DNA of 64,000 nucleotides, from NCBI RefSeq assembly GCF_006345805.1, contig NC_043019.1:24923360-24987359 (forward strand), given 5' to 3'. Positions 27,413 to 41,639 of the stretch are shown piece by piece. The notes beneath the pieces were generated by a model that had not been told where the DNA came from, did not search any database, and saw nothing but the letters and a program-made list of their open reading frames with translations. The position numbers were made by a program, and so were the translations under genes. The stretch comes from Octopus sinensis (Eukaryota). Each line of letters starts with the position of its first letter. Position 1 is the first letter of the stretch.

Positions 27413-29998
27413 GCATCTAACTGAATGTTAGAGGAGAATATCAATACCGTAATTTCCGACATACAAGTCGAATTTTTCGGATCAAAATTTACATCCAAAA
27501 GAAGTCGACTTATACACCAAGACGACTTTAGAAGACCAAAATTCTATGTGAACTGTAGCCGGATTTAGAAAGATAGTGAAGATGTTCGAATGTTTACACT
27601 ATAAACTACGTTGATTTGTGTGCCAGAGAATATTTATATTCATCATAAGATATGTTACATTTTATTTATGTCGCTGCATTGGAAATATAAGTAGATGATA
27701 GTGAGACAGTTGCCGAGGAATGTCTTCTAATTTGCTCAGAAAATTAACTTTATTAACTTTATGTGTCATTACTCAACCAGTGAAACAACATTTTGGGATG
27801 TCTTGTTTTTACAAATGGCGGCGGAAGTAGTGGGCGATTAGTACCAGAAGAAGGAGAGAAGCGACTCTCTTCTATTTGAAGAGAGAAACAGATAAAATAA
27901 TAAACTGATTAAGAATAATGTGAACAGCACTGGAATTGCTAAATATAATAGGCAAATTTCCGTCAAATCGTCCTATTTTCTTTAAAATAAGTAGGACATA
28001 TTGGATTACGTTCGGTCAGATACAATATGTTTGAAAATATAACACGAAATGGGCACAGACGGAACGGCTTTATTCATAGAGACATCTCGATCAGCGCCAA
28101 GCTGAGGTTAAACTAAGAAACAGCAATAACATCATCATGAATAAGGATGGTGATGGCAACAGCCACGACAGAAATTGTGCGAGAACTATGTGTAATTGTA
28201 TTGAGGATCGGTATGAAAACGAGGCCAAAGCTGAAGTAAGATGAGTGCAGCAGAAGACAACCACCAGCGAGTGTAGTCTCAAGTTTGTGATAAATTTAGA
28301 CCCCACCACCACCAGCCGAGTTGAAGTAGAAGTACTTCAAATTCTAGAGACATGATTTCGTTCGACAGAGAGAAATATTCTCCTCCCGAGTGCTGGAGTA
28401 TCAGACTTCTCCAGTATTTAAGACTTCTATTGGTCGTTTGTACCTGATCATTTCAGGGTGTATTCGTATGTTTCTGGCAAGATCACTGTTCTCACCTTTC
28501 ACATAACTTCCAATGAAATATTTTTTAAAATAGGTCAATTTGAACCCTCTGTGTTTTGAGTTCAAATGCTACCACTGTTGACTTCGTCTCTCGCTCATTG
28601 GAAAGATGGCTACAACTAGGACCAGTTAGCACTAAACGTATCCCTTACAAATGCACAGTCTCTAAAACCTTGTACAGCACAAACTGCACATTACATTGAC
28701 TTTACTGTACTGAGTTCATATTCCGCTTAGATTGGTTTCTTTGCTCTGAAGTGCATGATAAACTTACAATATTCGACCAACAATTCTAACAACTTTATCC
28801 CATTAGCCTAAATAACTTGACCTTCTGGCGGAGACAGTTAAAAAATCGTTATCTATTTCAGAGTAATTACGTAAGAGAAGCTAAAATTCTATTACACATA
28901 TCGTACATACATGCATACATACATACGTGTGTGTGCGTACGTGGTGTGTGTTTATGAGTGTGCGTGTGTCTGTGTAACAACTGAGTTTGTATGATTCACT
29001 ACTCGCTCTTCCTCGTTCCCGATTTTCAGGCGACTGATGGCACGAGGTATATTTGAAATTTTCCTTCGTGACACAGTGAGCCACCTTGAGAAAACTTTAG
29101 CTGGAATTACTAATCCCACTCTAAAACATATAACAATGTGTGAAAATAAACGTTTCTTAAAAGAAATTCTACTTCTAAGATTACTTGTGATAGAAAATTT
29201 TCTACTAAAACATCATTATGAAGGTTCCACTGCGCTAAATCCATGAGTGTACAAATACGTGAACGCTAGGGATTGGAGAGTATACTGTGGTGGCGGTGGG
29301 TGGGGTCATTTGTTTTTAATTTTGGATTTTTGCAAGGGATCATTGTCTTTAACAAGGAATTTACGATAAAGCAGGGTTTATGATTGAGACAAAAATTATT
29401 TATAATTTCATATTTTCTGTTATACATGTCTCTAGCTAAATGGAACAGAATACATAACAGAATACATATACAATTATAAATTTATTTGATTCTATAATCA
29501 TATACCACTCCGAGAGACAAAACGACTTTAGCGAATGTTCCTTGTTAAAATTCATATCAAATACCTTTCTACTCTCCCATTTCTAGATTTCTTCATAATT
29601 TTCCATCCATAGATTCACTACAGTGATCTTAAAAGGATTATCTTCCATGCACTTCCTCATTAGAATGTTCTCTAGAAAATTTCCTAAAGACAATTACCTT
29701 GGCAGTAAAATTACTTCTACAGCTAGGTTTTTTAATTTTTATACGCCTTTATATACCCAGATATGAAGCAAAACATACCCGGCAAGTTACTTCCAGCGTG
29801 ATTACTCAGGCTCAAGCGATGCACATATAACTTCAAATACGATATCCTCAGTCGCCTGAGTACCGGGAAGGGGACACCCTAAGCTGCGACTCACACAGAC
29901 TCAGCTTTGAGTAATTTTTACTCCATTCTACCCAACATTAGTGGATACTTTCAATCGCTTCATCATTGCATTTCACACAAGTATGATATTGACATCAG

Positions 29999-30052
<54 letters not shown>

Positions 30053-30227
30053 GCATATATATATATATACATATATATATATGCATATATATATATATAT
30101 ATTATATATATATATACATATATATATATGCATATACATATATATATATGCATATATATATATATGTATATATATATATGCATATATATATGTATGTGTG
30201 TGTATGTATATATACATTCATACATAC

Positions 30228-30273
<46 letters not shown>

Positions 30274-30654
30274 ACCAATTCATACATTTGAAATAAACGT
30301 AATTGTGCATATGTTTTAATGAAAAAAACACATCAAATTGATCAAGATTAAACAAACACATGTCTGTACATAGCACGCGCACATAAGTACACATAACTCC
30401 AGACATGCACACACACACACAAACACAAACACATATACGTAGAATCACACACATACACACACACACACACACACACAATAGATATCACTTACAACAATAC
30501 CAATAATCCTATTCTTGTTGAGCTTCGGATCCAATTATAAGCTTTGATCTGGTTCTCTTAACATTCTCACCATTGCATGTGTGCGCGTGTGTGTGTGTAT
30601 ATATGTGCGTGTGTGTGTGTGTGTGTGTGCGTGTGTGTGTGTGCGTGTGTGTGT

Positions 30655-30785
30655 TGGTGGATTGGCAGAATTGTTAGAATGTCGGAGAAAATACCTTGCG
30701 GTAATTCTTCTAGCGCTTTATATTCTGAGCTCAAAATCCCGCCTATGTCGACTTTCTCTTTCATCCTTCCGCGGTCGATAAAATA
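30655..30785 (+). mobile_element. SINE family A (diverged)
   Basis: ttggcagaattgttagaa...ctgagctcaaaatcccgcc...tcatccttccgcggtcgataaa. Confidence 0.7.
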
Positions 30786-31120
30786 TAACAACAGCTGAAT
30801 ATCAGAATCGATATAATCAACAGCCAATTCGGACTGGTACGCATTGAGCTAGCATAGTACAGCGGAACGTATATACTCTGTTCCCTCTTGGGATCCCGAC
30901 GGTAGAAGAAATACGACATTGGTGGGAGTACATTACAGCAGCAGCAAAATTACTGTAATCACCTAAATTACTATCAACACAGCATACACTCGTACACATT
31001 CACACACACACACACACACGCGCGCATATACACACACATAAGACCATCAGACTCTTAAGCACTTGGATATGGTTCCTTAAATGTGATTTAAATATCAGGT
31101 ATTTAATATGTGAATTCTCT

Positions 31121-31295
31121 CTAGGCGACGAGCTGGCAGAAACGTTAGTACGTCGGGCGAAATGCTTCGGAGTATATCGTCTGTCTTTCATCCTTTCGAG
31201 ATCGATAAATTAAGTACCAGTCGAGTATGGGAGTCGATCTAATCGACTGGCCCCCTCCCCCAAAATTTCGGGCCTTGTATTCTAGAGTAGAAAAG
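31121..31295 (+). mobile_element. SINE family A, tail type 2, with 16-bp target-site duplication
   Basis: aatatgtgaattctct at 31105-31120 and again at 31296-31311. Confidence 0.9.
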
Positions 31296-31782
31296 AATAT
31301 GTGAATTCTCTGACAAAATGGATGTTTCGACACATCGAGCTCCTTAAAATTTCATTACACTTAGAATATTTAGTATTACCTGAAGAAATTCGAATTCAAG
31401 ATTAATTTATTCATACTGGTCAGCTCAAGTTCATTTTCAATGTCAGTTTTTTATGATTTGGGCTTTTTAAATAATAATATCGATACCACAGACTGAGATT
31501 CAATAACATATTATTCGGTAATTTTTTTTTTTTTCCAGTCGTATTACTTTTTTTTATTGCCCCTGTGCCACATGTCTATATTTAGAACTGTAATTAGTTC
31601 ACGGTCAGTCAGTGATCAGTCAGCGGTCAACCCTTAGATGTGAGCAAATTTGGCTTCGCCAGTACAGTCCTGTCAGAAACACAAGTGTGACGGGCAAAGG
31701 ATAATCTAATGCCAAGTATTAAGCATTTTGATTTGGATAACTAAACTCTTACTGTAATGTGCTAAATAGATTAAAACAGCGG

Positions 31783-31824
<42 letters not shown>

Positions 31825-31832
31825 TGTATATA

Positions 31833-31899
<67 letters not shown>

Positions 31900-32537
31900 A
31901 TATATATATATATATATATATTAATATATATATATATATATTATATAATATACGTACATATACATGTATATATGTGTGTGTATATAATATAATATATTCA
32001 GCGGGAGAGAGAGAGGGTGAGAGATAATAGAAATAAATGATAATAAGGATGAAGAGATGAAGGTGGAGGTAGAAGTGGATGCATGAAGAATAAATTACAG
32101 GTAGATAAGTAGAGAGGATGAGGGAAAAGAGAAGCTGGAGCAGAGAGGGGGCGGTAAAGATGGTTTGTTGGATGTGGGTTGGGATCGCTTATGTGGTTGG
32201 TTGGTTGGTTGGGTTGGGTTGGTGGGTAAGTGAAAGTTAGCAGGGCTGAAAGTGAGTTCAGATTGACAGTTAGAATACGTTAAGCTGCTAAAAACCGAAA
32301 AAAAAAGAAAAAAAAAAGAAAAGAAAAAAGAAAAAGAAAAAAAAAAGTCGTTTCTAAAATCTAATTCCTGTAGCCTGTCTAGTAGTCAATTCCTATGGAC
32401 AACGCCCGCCTAATCCGCCAAAAAGAGCCTCCTAATACAATAATACAGGCTAAATCGTTTATCTACTTCAAAGACAACTAGTCCTTCGCTAAGTTAACTA
32501 ACTCTCAGCTCCGTCATAAATCCTTTACCTTACCCAC

Positions 32538-32548
32538 TATTATTATTA

Positions 32549-32604
<56 letters not shown>

Positions 32605-32617
32605 ATTATTATTATTA

Positions 32618-32652
<35 letters not shown>

Positions 32653-32734
32653 GTTATTATTATTATTATCATTATTATTATTATTATTATTATTATCTTT
32701 ATTATTGTCATTATTATTATTATTATTATTATTA

Positions 32735-32800
<66 letters not shown>

Positions 32801-32805
32801 CGTTG
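32538..32805. repeat. (TAT)n then (GTT)n microsatellite
   Basis: Direct reading. Confidence 0.95.
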
Positions 32806-33369
32806 CTGTTGTTTCTGTTGTTATTAGTATTATTTGTCTTTCTCGTTTTTCTTCTTTTTCTCTCTTTTTTCCTTTCCTTTTTCTCCTTATTTTCCCTTTC
32901 TCATCTATTCCAATTTTGCTCTCGTTATTTTTGTTTGTTTGTTTGTTTGTTTTAGGGGTGTAGGGGTTATATAATAAATTGGGGGGTTGCGGATTTAATT
33001 TTTAAAAAACTCCTTCTCCACACCACCCAATTTATATGATTTGGCCAGTTCAGGAGTACTATGAATATGATGATGATGATGATGATGACGATGATGATGA
33101 TAAAGATGAACAGAATGAGGTGGTGGAGGAAGGGAGGATGAGGAGGAAGAGAAGAAGGATGGTAGTTGTGATGAAAATGGTGGTGATGATGATGACGACA
33201 AACGGTTTGATGATGTTTTATCAGTGGTGGTGGTGGTGGTAGGAATGATAACCGCTTTACGGATAAATAATAGATGAACGACTGGATGAAGAATTAAATG
33301 ACTATGGAATAATTAAAAAGGTGAAGACGGTTCTGTCCACGCGTGTATGTGTGCGGATGCGATGCAGAA

Positions 33370-33400
<31 letters not shown>

Positions 33401-33602
33401 TTCTGTGTGTGTAAAGACAGCTCGCTTTATATAACAGACATTCCGTGGAATGTCTGTTATATAAATTAGTTAGGTGTCTACTGATATGCATAGTTAAGGA
33501 ATTAATATTATGCAAACACACATTATGTTTATACGTATATGTATACAAACACCTAAACAGTACACACACACAAACACACACATATATATATATATATATA
33601 TA

Positions 33603-33817
33603 TTTCTTTACTACCCACAAGGGGCTAAACATAGAGGGGACAAACAAGGACAGACAAAGGGATTAAGTCGATTACATCGACCCCAGTGCGAAACTGGTAC
33701 TTTATTTATCGACCCCGAAAGGATGAAAGGCACAGTCGACCTCGGCGGAATTCGAACTCAGAACGTAACGACAGACTTCGCCCTGCGCGCTAACGTTTCT
33801 GCCAACTCGCCGCCTTA
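33603..33817 (-). mobile_element. SINE family A, tail type 1
   Basis: Full-length reverse-complement copy. Confidence 0.9.
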
Positions 33818-33818
33818 C

Positions 33819-33875
<57 letters not shown>

Positions 33876-34236
33876 TGTGTGTATACATATATATGTATGC
33901 ATGCATGTATGTATGTATATATGTATGTATATTTGACTGTGGCCATGCTGGGGTACCGCCTTCGACGTATTTTTTCCAGCCATATTCTCTTGTACTCATC
34001 TTCTGTTCGGTTCGCTTTTCTAAGGATTTTCTCTCAACTCGATAAATTATTGTCTTACTTAAAGGGACATAACTCGGCACAGCACTTTACACAGTCATGA
34101 GAACTGACATGGACGCAGATGTACACTCAAGCGTGCACACGCACTCATTCATATACCTATATATGTACATAGATAGACACACAGGTGCATAAACACATGC
34201 ATACGTGCATACGTGCATACACACATACATTCACAC

Positions 34237-34292
<56 letters not shown>

Positions 34293-35110
34293 TCGCACAT
34301 ACACACACACACATATATATATATATGTGTATATATATATATGTGTATATATATATACATACATACATGCATGCCTAGATACAAACATTCAAACATACAG
34401 ACATATATGTATGGACTGGTTCGAACCCGCTATCCATGGTGGGGTGCCCAAAGGCGGAGACAACAGAAGAATTACGAAATAAAATAGCCTGTGGAACAGA
34501 ATGATGTTTTAGCGACATCAGATCTCCTAACACTACAAGGTGTGTCGAAAATATCTTTAGTTTCCTACTTTAGATACAAAATAACATTTTTGGAGGCAAC
34601 GGAACGCCAGTTTTATAAAACGGGATATAAATGACGTAATTAACACCCGGATGCAGGACATCTACTGAATCAACCAACGAATAAACGATTAATAGATTAA
34701 TAAGTCTGTAATAGACTGTAACGAAACGCGACACGGATTAGCAAAAATAAATGCGATCGTTCAGTACACAATCTAGGAAACGGTATATAGATGATCAGTT
34801 TCAGACAAGATACAGCAGGATAGCAAGGTATTTTAAAAAAACGACATACAGATATCTACAACGTAGCTGACCAATAAAAATATAGAACAACGAATTGGCA
34901 AATGAAACAACGACATCCATAAGCAAAACATTAAAAGTAGACTAAAAATCATCCAGTTTAAACGAATGTCATGGGGAAAAGAAATTGAGCTACATTAAGG
35001 TATCTAAAAGCCATCCGGATTATATCGATAAGATTAGTTCACGCCTAAGGATCGTAGTGGCATGAAACAGGGATCTCGAAAAAGTAGAATCCAATTTAAA
35101 TAGACACACA

Positions 35111-35159
<49 letters not shown>

Positions 35160-35895
35160 GTATGTGCTGATGTATATGTATATATGTATGTATGTATGTA
35201 TATACATACATATACACCTACATATTTCTGTTATAAATATATACCGAATGAGAATTTATATAAACACTTTTTATAAAACCAGTTGAAAATTTAGACTTAA
35301 ACCTTTAACCCTAACCACTAAATTTAACCTAGCTTTGACCTACACTCTTAGAAAAACCTAACATGTTACGTCTATTATTTTATACACGTTCTTGTATGAA
35401 CCTAAAAGGACATATTACTGACCTTTTAGAGAACTTTCAGTTAACCATAAATTGCATGCTGACTCGTCAAGAACTCCTATACAAATCTAACCATTAGCAC
35501 TGAGTTTACATACACTTTTCAAGGAAACCAAACAACAACAAATAAATAATCCCACGCATTAAACATGAACACAATCACTTTATTACTTTCTTTACTTACT
35601 TTCCCTACCCCCATAAATGTATGCTTTTCTTCTCCTTCTCTCCTTTCATATACAAGCCCCCATACTTTTCTAGCTTCAAACTCATTTACAATACATCCCC
35701 TTTGCATATACCTCGCTCCACCGGCTAAATGAATCCTTCCTTCCCAAAATTCATATATAAGGTTTGAAAAACCGAACTCAATCACAATCTAATGAGGGCA
35801 CACACGCCAACACTTAATGTTTTCTTGGTAAATAAAAAATATATATATACAAATTGCACTCTATTAATTCATTCGTGTATTGTTTCTTTTATGTA

Positions 35896-36245
35896 TGCAA
35901 CTTTAGCGGCACTTCGTCGGTTACGACGACGAGGGTTCCATTGATCCGATCAATGGAACAACCTGCTCGTGAAATTAACGTGCAAGTAGCTGAGCACTCC
36001 AGAGACACGTGTGCTCTTAACGTAGTTCTGGGGGAGATTCAGCGTGACACACATTGTGACAAGGCTGAAAATACAGGTACAATAGAAACGGGAAGAAAGA
36101 GTGAGAGAAAGTTGTGGTGAAAGAGTACACCCCACCCCACCCCTCTGCCGGAGCTTCGTGGAGCTTTAGGTGATTTTGCTCAATAAACACTCACAATGCC
36201 TGGTCTGGAAATTGAAACCGCGATCCTACGACCGCGAGTTCGCTG
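35896..36245 (-). mobile_element. SINE-like element, family C
   Basis: Minus-strand tRNA-like head (gtcgtaggatcgcggtttcaatttcc) followed by a non-coding body with an internal hairpin gttccattgatccgatcaatggaac. Confidence 0.55.
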
Positions 36246-36491
36246 TACGTACGTATGTATGCTTCACATATATATATTTTATGAATATATTTAAACATAT
36301 GTGCATATATATATACATACATACACACACACACATATAAATACTATATATATATATCACATATTATTATACATATAAGCATACACATACCCATATATAT
36401 GTTTGTGTGTGTATGTGTGTGTGCGCGTGCCTGCATGTATACATACATGCATATATACATGCCTACATACATGCATATAGATAGATAGACT

Positions 36492-36537
<46 letters not shown>

Positions 36538-36543
36538 AAGACT

Positions 36544-36588
<45 letters not shown>

Positions 36589-37876
36589 GGATATACTGAG
36601 AGCGAGAGAAGTAAGAAGAGAGCCTACGCAAGGCTGTTGTTATGGTAATCATTAAGATACCTTAATACGTATAATAAAGGCCAGAGAGATTTATTACAAT
36701 AAATCCTGTATTTGTCAATTGATTTAAGACGTAAACCTCGGTAACCTTATCTGGCCAAAAGCCTTTTGGAAGCTTAAGCTTGAAACCTTGACCTGTGCAC
36801 TAACTTCTTTTATCGCCTAGGGTTGTGTATGAGAACTGGTGGAACCAAATGGTTGTGTGGGATTCTTTACTCGTCTTTTTAATGTAACTGTGGAATACAC
36901 AACTAGAAGAAGGTTTCTTTACGATAAAGAAATATCCCTAAACGTGAACCAATGTTTCATTAAGGACACAGTGTTCGTATATTTTATGTCACATTCACAT
37001 GCCACATGTCACACGAATTACAATTTGGTTTCATGGTAAATGTCATATGCATTAAGTCATAGTAATATAGCTAACATCCCGTGTTACGACATTTACATTG
37101 TCAACACCACAGTCACCTAATGGTAGGGGTTATTTTGTTTCAGATCAGCTCTAATCAAACTCGCCAATCTTCAAAGCAATTTCAGCCTTGGCTTTCACAT
37201 CCTATTCTTAATCAGACACTACATCATCCGGTGTGACATTCCTTTCTTTAGGACTCTCTCCGAGTATCAGAACATTATGACATAACAGCAGAGTCACATA
37301 GCGAACGTCACACGTTTTATGGAATGATCAGATAGCGAACGTCAAACATTTTATAACATAACCACATAGCGAACGTTTTACGGTACAGTCACAAAGCGAA
37401 CATCACAAAGTTTGTGACCTTGTCCATTGACGATCGTCAATAAAAAAAAAACATATATATCATTGTTAGCATTGATGTTGTAATAGAAAACAAGCTTCGT
37501 ACACATCCTATGTTGAAAACTTTATTATCCAGTCGCTCCTTCTTTTTCAAGTCGGTCCTTCTTAAGAATGATGAACGAACCACCCATATCTCCAGAGGTG
37601 AATTATTCAAACCCCAAAGAATCCCTCTCAACACACGGCTATGATGCTCCCCTCTACTTCTGCTCGTGATCACAAATGCACATATCGTCAGCCACTAAGG
37701 GACATGCTCAACTGGTTAAGGTCAAACAAATGACAAGCAAACCTGAGGTATTGAAGAGAACATTTGCTGTGGCCCATCTTTTATAGCAAGGCAAAATAAT
37801 GTACATGATAACACTTCCAATCAGTTATGGAAGGGGAATATTTTTATTATTATCTTTATTATCTTTATTATTATTA

Positions 37877-37945
<69 letters not shown>

Positions 37946-37946
37946 T

Positions 37947-38152
37947 GACGGTGAGCTGGCAGAATCATTAGCACGCCGAGCAAAATGCTTTGCGGCATTT
38001 CATCCGTCTTCATGTTCTGACTTCAAATTCTGCCGAGGTTAACCTTGCCGTTCAGTCTTTTGGGGTCGATGAAATAAGCACGAGTTAACACTGGGGTCAA
38101 TATAATCGACTTACCCCCTCTCCGAAATTGCTGGACTTGTGCCAAAATTTGA
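37947..38152 (+). mobile_element. SINE family A, tail type 2-like
   Basis: Head, core and tail directly after (TAT)n. Confidence 0.85.
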
Positions 38153-38809
38153 AATCATTACTACTACTACTACTACCGTCATATTACCAAAAACTAGGTT
38201 TGGGGGTTGCTTTCATTAACTGACGTTTCGGGACAAAGGACTTCAAGTGTGTTGTTGGTTTTAATGATAGAACACGATGAATGAATTCCAAATGAATGGC
38301 ATCAAGTGTCCCAAACGATTAATGGTGAGTTTTTAATTCCATAAACTCGGTTCCATCATAAAGAAACCGACAAGCAAATACTAACACTGGTTGGAGTTTC
38401 TGTAACTTTTGTCTGAAATGTTCGAAACGGTGTTTATGATATCTCTCTTATGCACAAAAATGCCGAACAAAATCTAATCGGCGTATTTTAACAGCCTGCA
38501 ACACGCTGAAATATTCGTGAATAGAAATTATCCGGCATGGGGTGGATGTCTATTATAGATCATCTCGCTATTACAAGTTAACTGGTTTACATTATTTTTC
38601 TTCTTGTTTTACGTAGAAATAAAGAAAGGTGTTGCAAAATATGATGAATATTATTTTCAGAATTTTCAATGGCAACATCGTGGAATATTGGAAGCAGAAA
38701 CGGCTGTTGGATAGGATTAAGTCTATTTGTATTAAAAAGTAATAATCGATGTTAGTCAATTGTTGTTGATCAATATTTCTCCATTTTCTGTTTACTTCCT
38801 ATATATATA

Positions 38810-38855
<46 letters not shown>

Positions 38856-40150
38856 CAACGCTTCAAGCAAACTATATAGTTATATAAGTTACATGAGACA
38901 AAAAGTATTAGAGATCGATGATGTAACAGACAGAAAGGTATTAAATATTTATTTTATTTGTAAATTATTTTCTTCTCTATTCATTTGTTGTAATAATAAT
39001 ATAACAAATAAAGAATTATTATAATAAAATAACTAAAAAAATATAATTAAATCTGTGAAATATTATGACAATTTGTTGATGAGGGTTGGGGGAAGCGAAG
39101 GAAGGCAGCTTTGATGTTGAAAGATCTTAATCAATAAATGTACAGATAAATGGATCAGTGGATGAGCAGAGGTTTAAGGAGGATTTTATATCAGATGGGA
39201 GAGGTTAAAATAAAATAAAATCTATCGATAAAATTGGTGTAGATTTAAATCATACTTATTTTTAATTACTAATTAATCTTCAAATTACACCATCTCAATA
39301 TTATTAATATGTAATCGGCTAATCTCTCCACCCTACTAAGTAGATAATGTCATTAGCTTAATAAGCTAAATCTGTGTCAATATTACAGTGGGGAAATGAA
39401 ATCGATGGTTTAATCAGTGGCTTCTTAGATAAGAAAATAATCATTATGGAATATATTTATTGGACTGTGAAAAATCTCGGCTATTTTCTGTTTAAACTAA
39501 ATTCTCTCAGTAATGATATTTTGAATATGAAACAAAAATTGATAGATATTTAATACTCTCTTTCTCTCCCTCTCCCTCTCTCTTTCTCTCTCTCTCTCTC
39601 TCTCGTAATATATTTAATCGGATACATGTCAAGCACTATACAGAAACTTCAAGGCATTGTTTCGAATCCCGATTGAAAAGCATTTCACTTCTTCGTAGAA
39701 GTTTCTTTTTTTTTCATATGGTTGAAAGCAAATAGAAATTCTTTTTAAAATCGCTGGTTACGAAGAATGCCGTTGAACAAACTCAAGTTCTACTAAGATA
39801 ATCTCCAAACCCTTTCTCCTTAGTGAAGCTTCGAATGGCCAGTGACAAAATATAAGGCATAAAAGCCGCAACATCACATTCCCTCCACCTTTAAAGTATA
39901 AGAGATATTTACTCATGATGACGAAAACCCTGATATATATATATATATACATATATATACATATATATATACATATATATATATATAAATATATATACAT
40001 ATATATATAATACAATATAATATATATGAATATGTGTATGTATATACATACATATATATATATATATCTATATATATATATATTTATATATATATATATA
40101 TATATATATACATACATACATACCAATATATATATATATTTATATATATT

Positions 40151-40233
<83 letters not shown>

Positions 40234-40246
40234 GTATATATATATA

Positions 40247-40295
<49 letters not shown>

Positions 40296-40818
40296 GTATA
40301 TATATATATTGGTATGTATGTATATATATATTGTTGATTAGCCGTCTAAAGATAATGTTAAAAACAGAGTAAGTGATCTCTTCTTTTTATATGTATAAGT
40401 GCGTAAATTTTGCAAACCATTACTGTTAAAACTATCACATTAATAGAACTTCAACACCAAATAATAGAACGCATGCTTATTGTATTAAGTTTTAATTCAG
40501 TTCCACTTAAGGCCAGTCTACATTCACCTTCGCATCCATATTCACACTGTGATGTTTCCTATGAAAGGAAACCAGAATCAGGTCGAGGCAAATTTGTAAT
40601 CAGAGTTGCGGGAAACGAGCATGATGTGACTTAGTGCAGGAATTGCCCGACAATTATCGGAACTATCCGATTATTATCGGAATTATCCGGTCATCATCGG
40701 GAAATCCCGGTTAATTACTTATCTCTTGCCCTAAAATATTTCTCATTTTCTTCTTGTTTAACAAATTATTATTATTATCATCGTCATCATTATTATTATT
40801 ATTATTATTATTATATTA

Positions 40819-40849
<31 letters not shown>

Positions 40850-41426
40850 CATGCATATATATATACGCATATATATATATATATATATATAGTAATGTAA
40901 GTGTTGTATAATATATAAAATAATACTCTACATTATACATACATATATATATATATAATATATATATACATATATATATATATATACATATATATACATG
41001 TATATGTCCTAGAGAGAAAGAGGGTGAAGTAAACAGACGAGCGGACAGACAGTTAGACAGATGCATACATACATACATACATACATACATACATACATAC
41101 ATACATACATACATACATACATACATACATGCATAGCCGTCAGTGTAGTCCATTAGACCTATTTTCTGTAAGTTTGTACTTCTGTTATCACGTTGATAAA
41201 CTAAATTAACCTTGACATTGGACACAGCTACAGAAAATCGGTTTAATTTACTGCAGCTTAACGTGATAAATGTCTTTAGTCGTTAATAAAATAAAGTAGC
41301 GATCAAGTACTACGTTTAATTTAATTGACTTATAGCTTTACCCTACATAGGTAATCTCCTGACATTATTATTATTATTATTATTATTATTCAGTAGTTTT
41401 ATTTTTATAGCGTGCTTTCACTTCAC

Positions 41427-41467
<41 letters not shown>

Positions 41468-41499
41468 TATTATTATTATTATTATTATCATTATTATAT

Positions 41500-41639
41500 A
41501 AGGCGGTGAGCTGGCCAACTACTGTCTTCATATTCTTAGTTCAAATTCTACCGAGGCCAACTTTGTCTTTCCTCCTTTCGGGGTCGACAAATTAAGCAGC
41601 AGTGAAAAATTTCAAGCCTTGTGCCTTTTGTAGAAAGAA
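41500..41639 (+). mobile_element. SINE family A (internally deleted)
   Basis: Head and core fragments between (TAT)n tracts. Confidence 0.75.
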
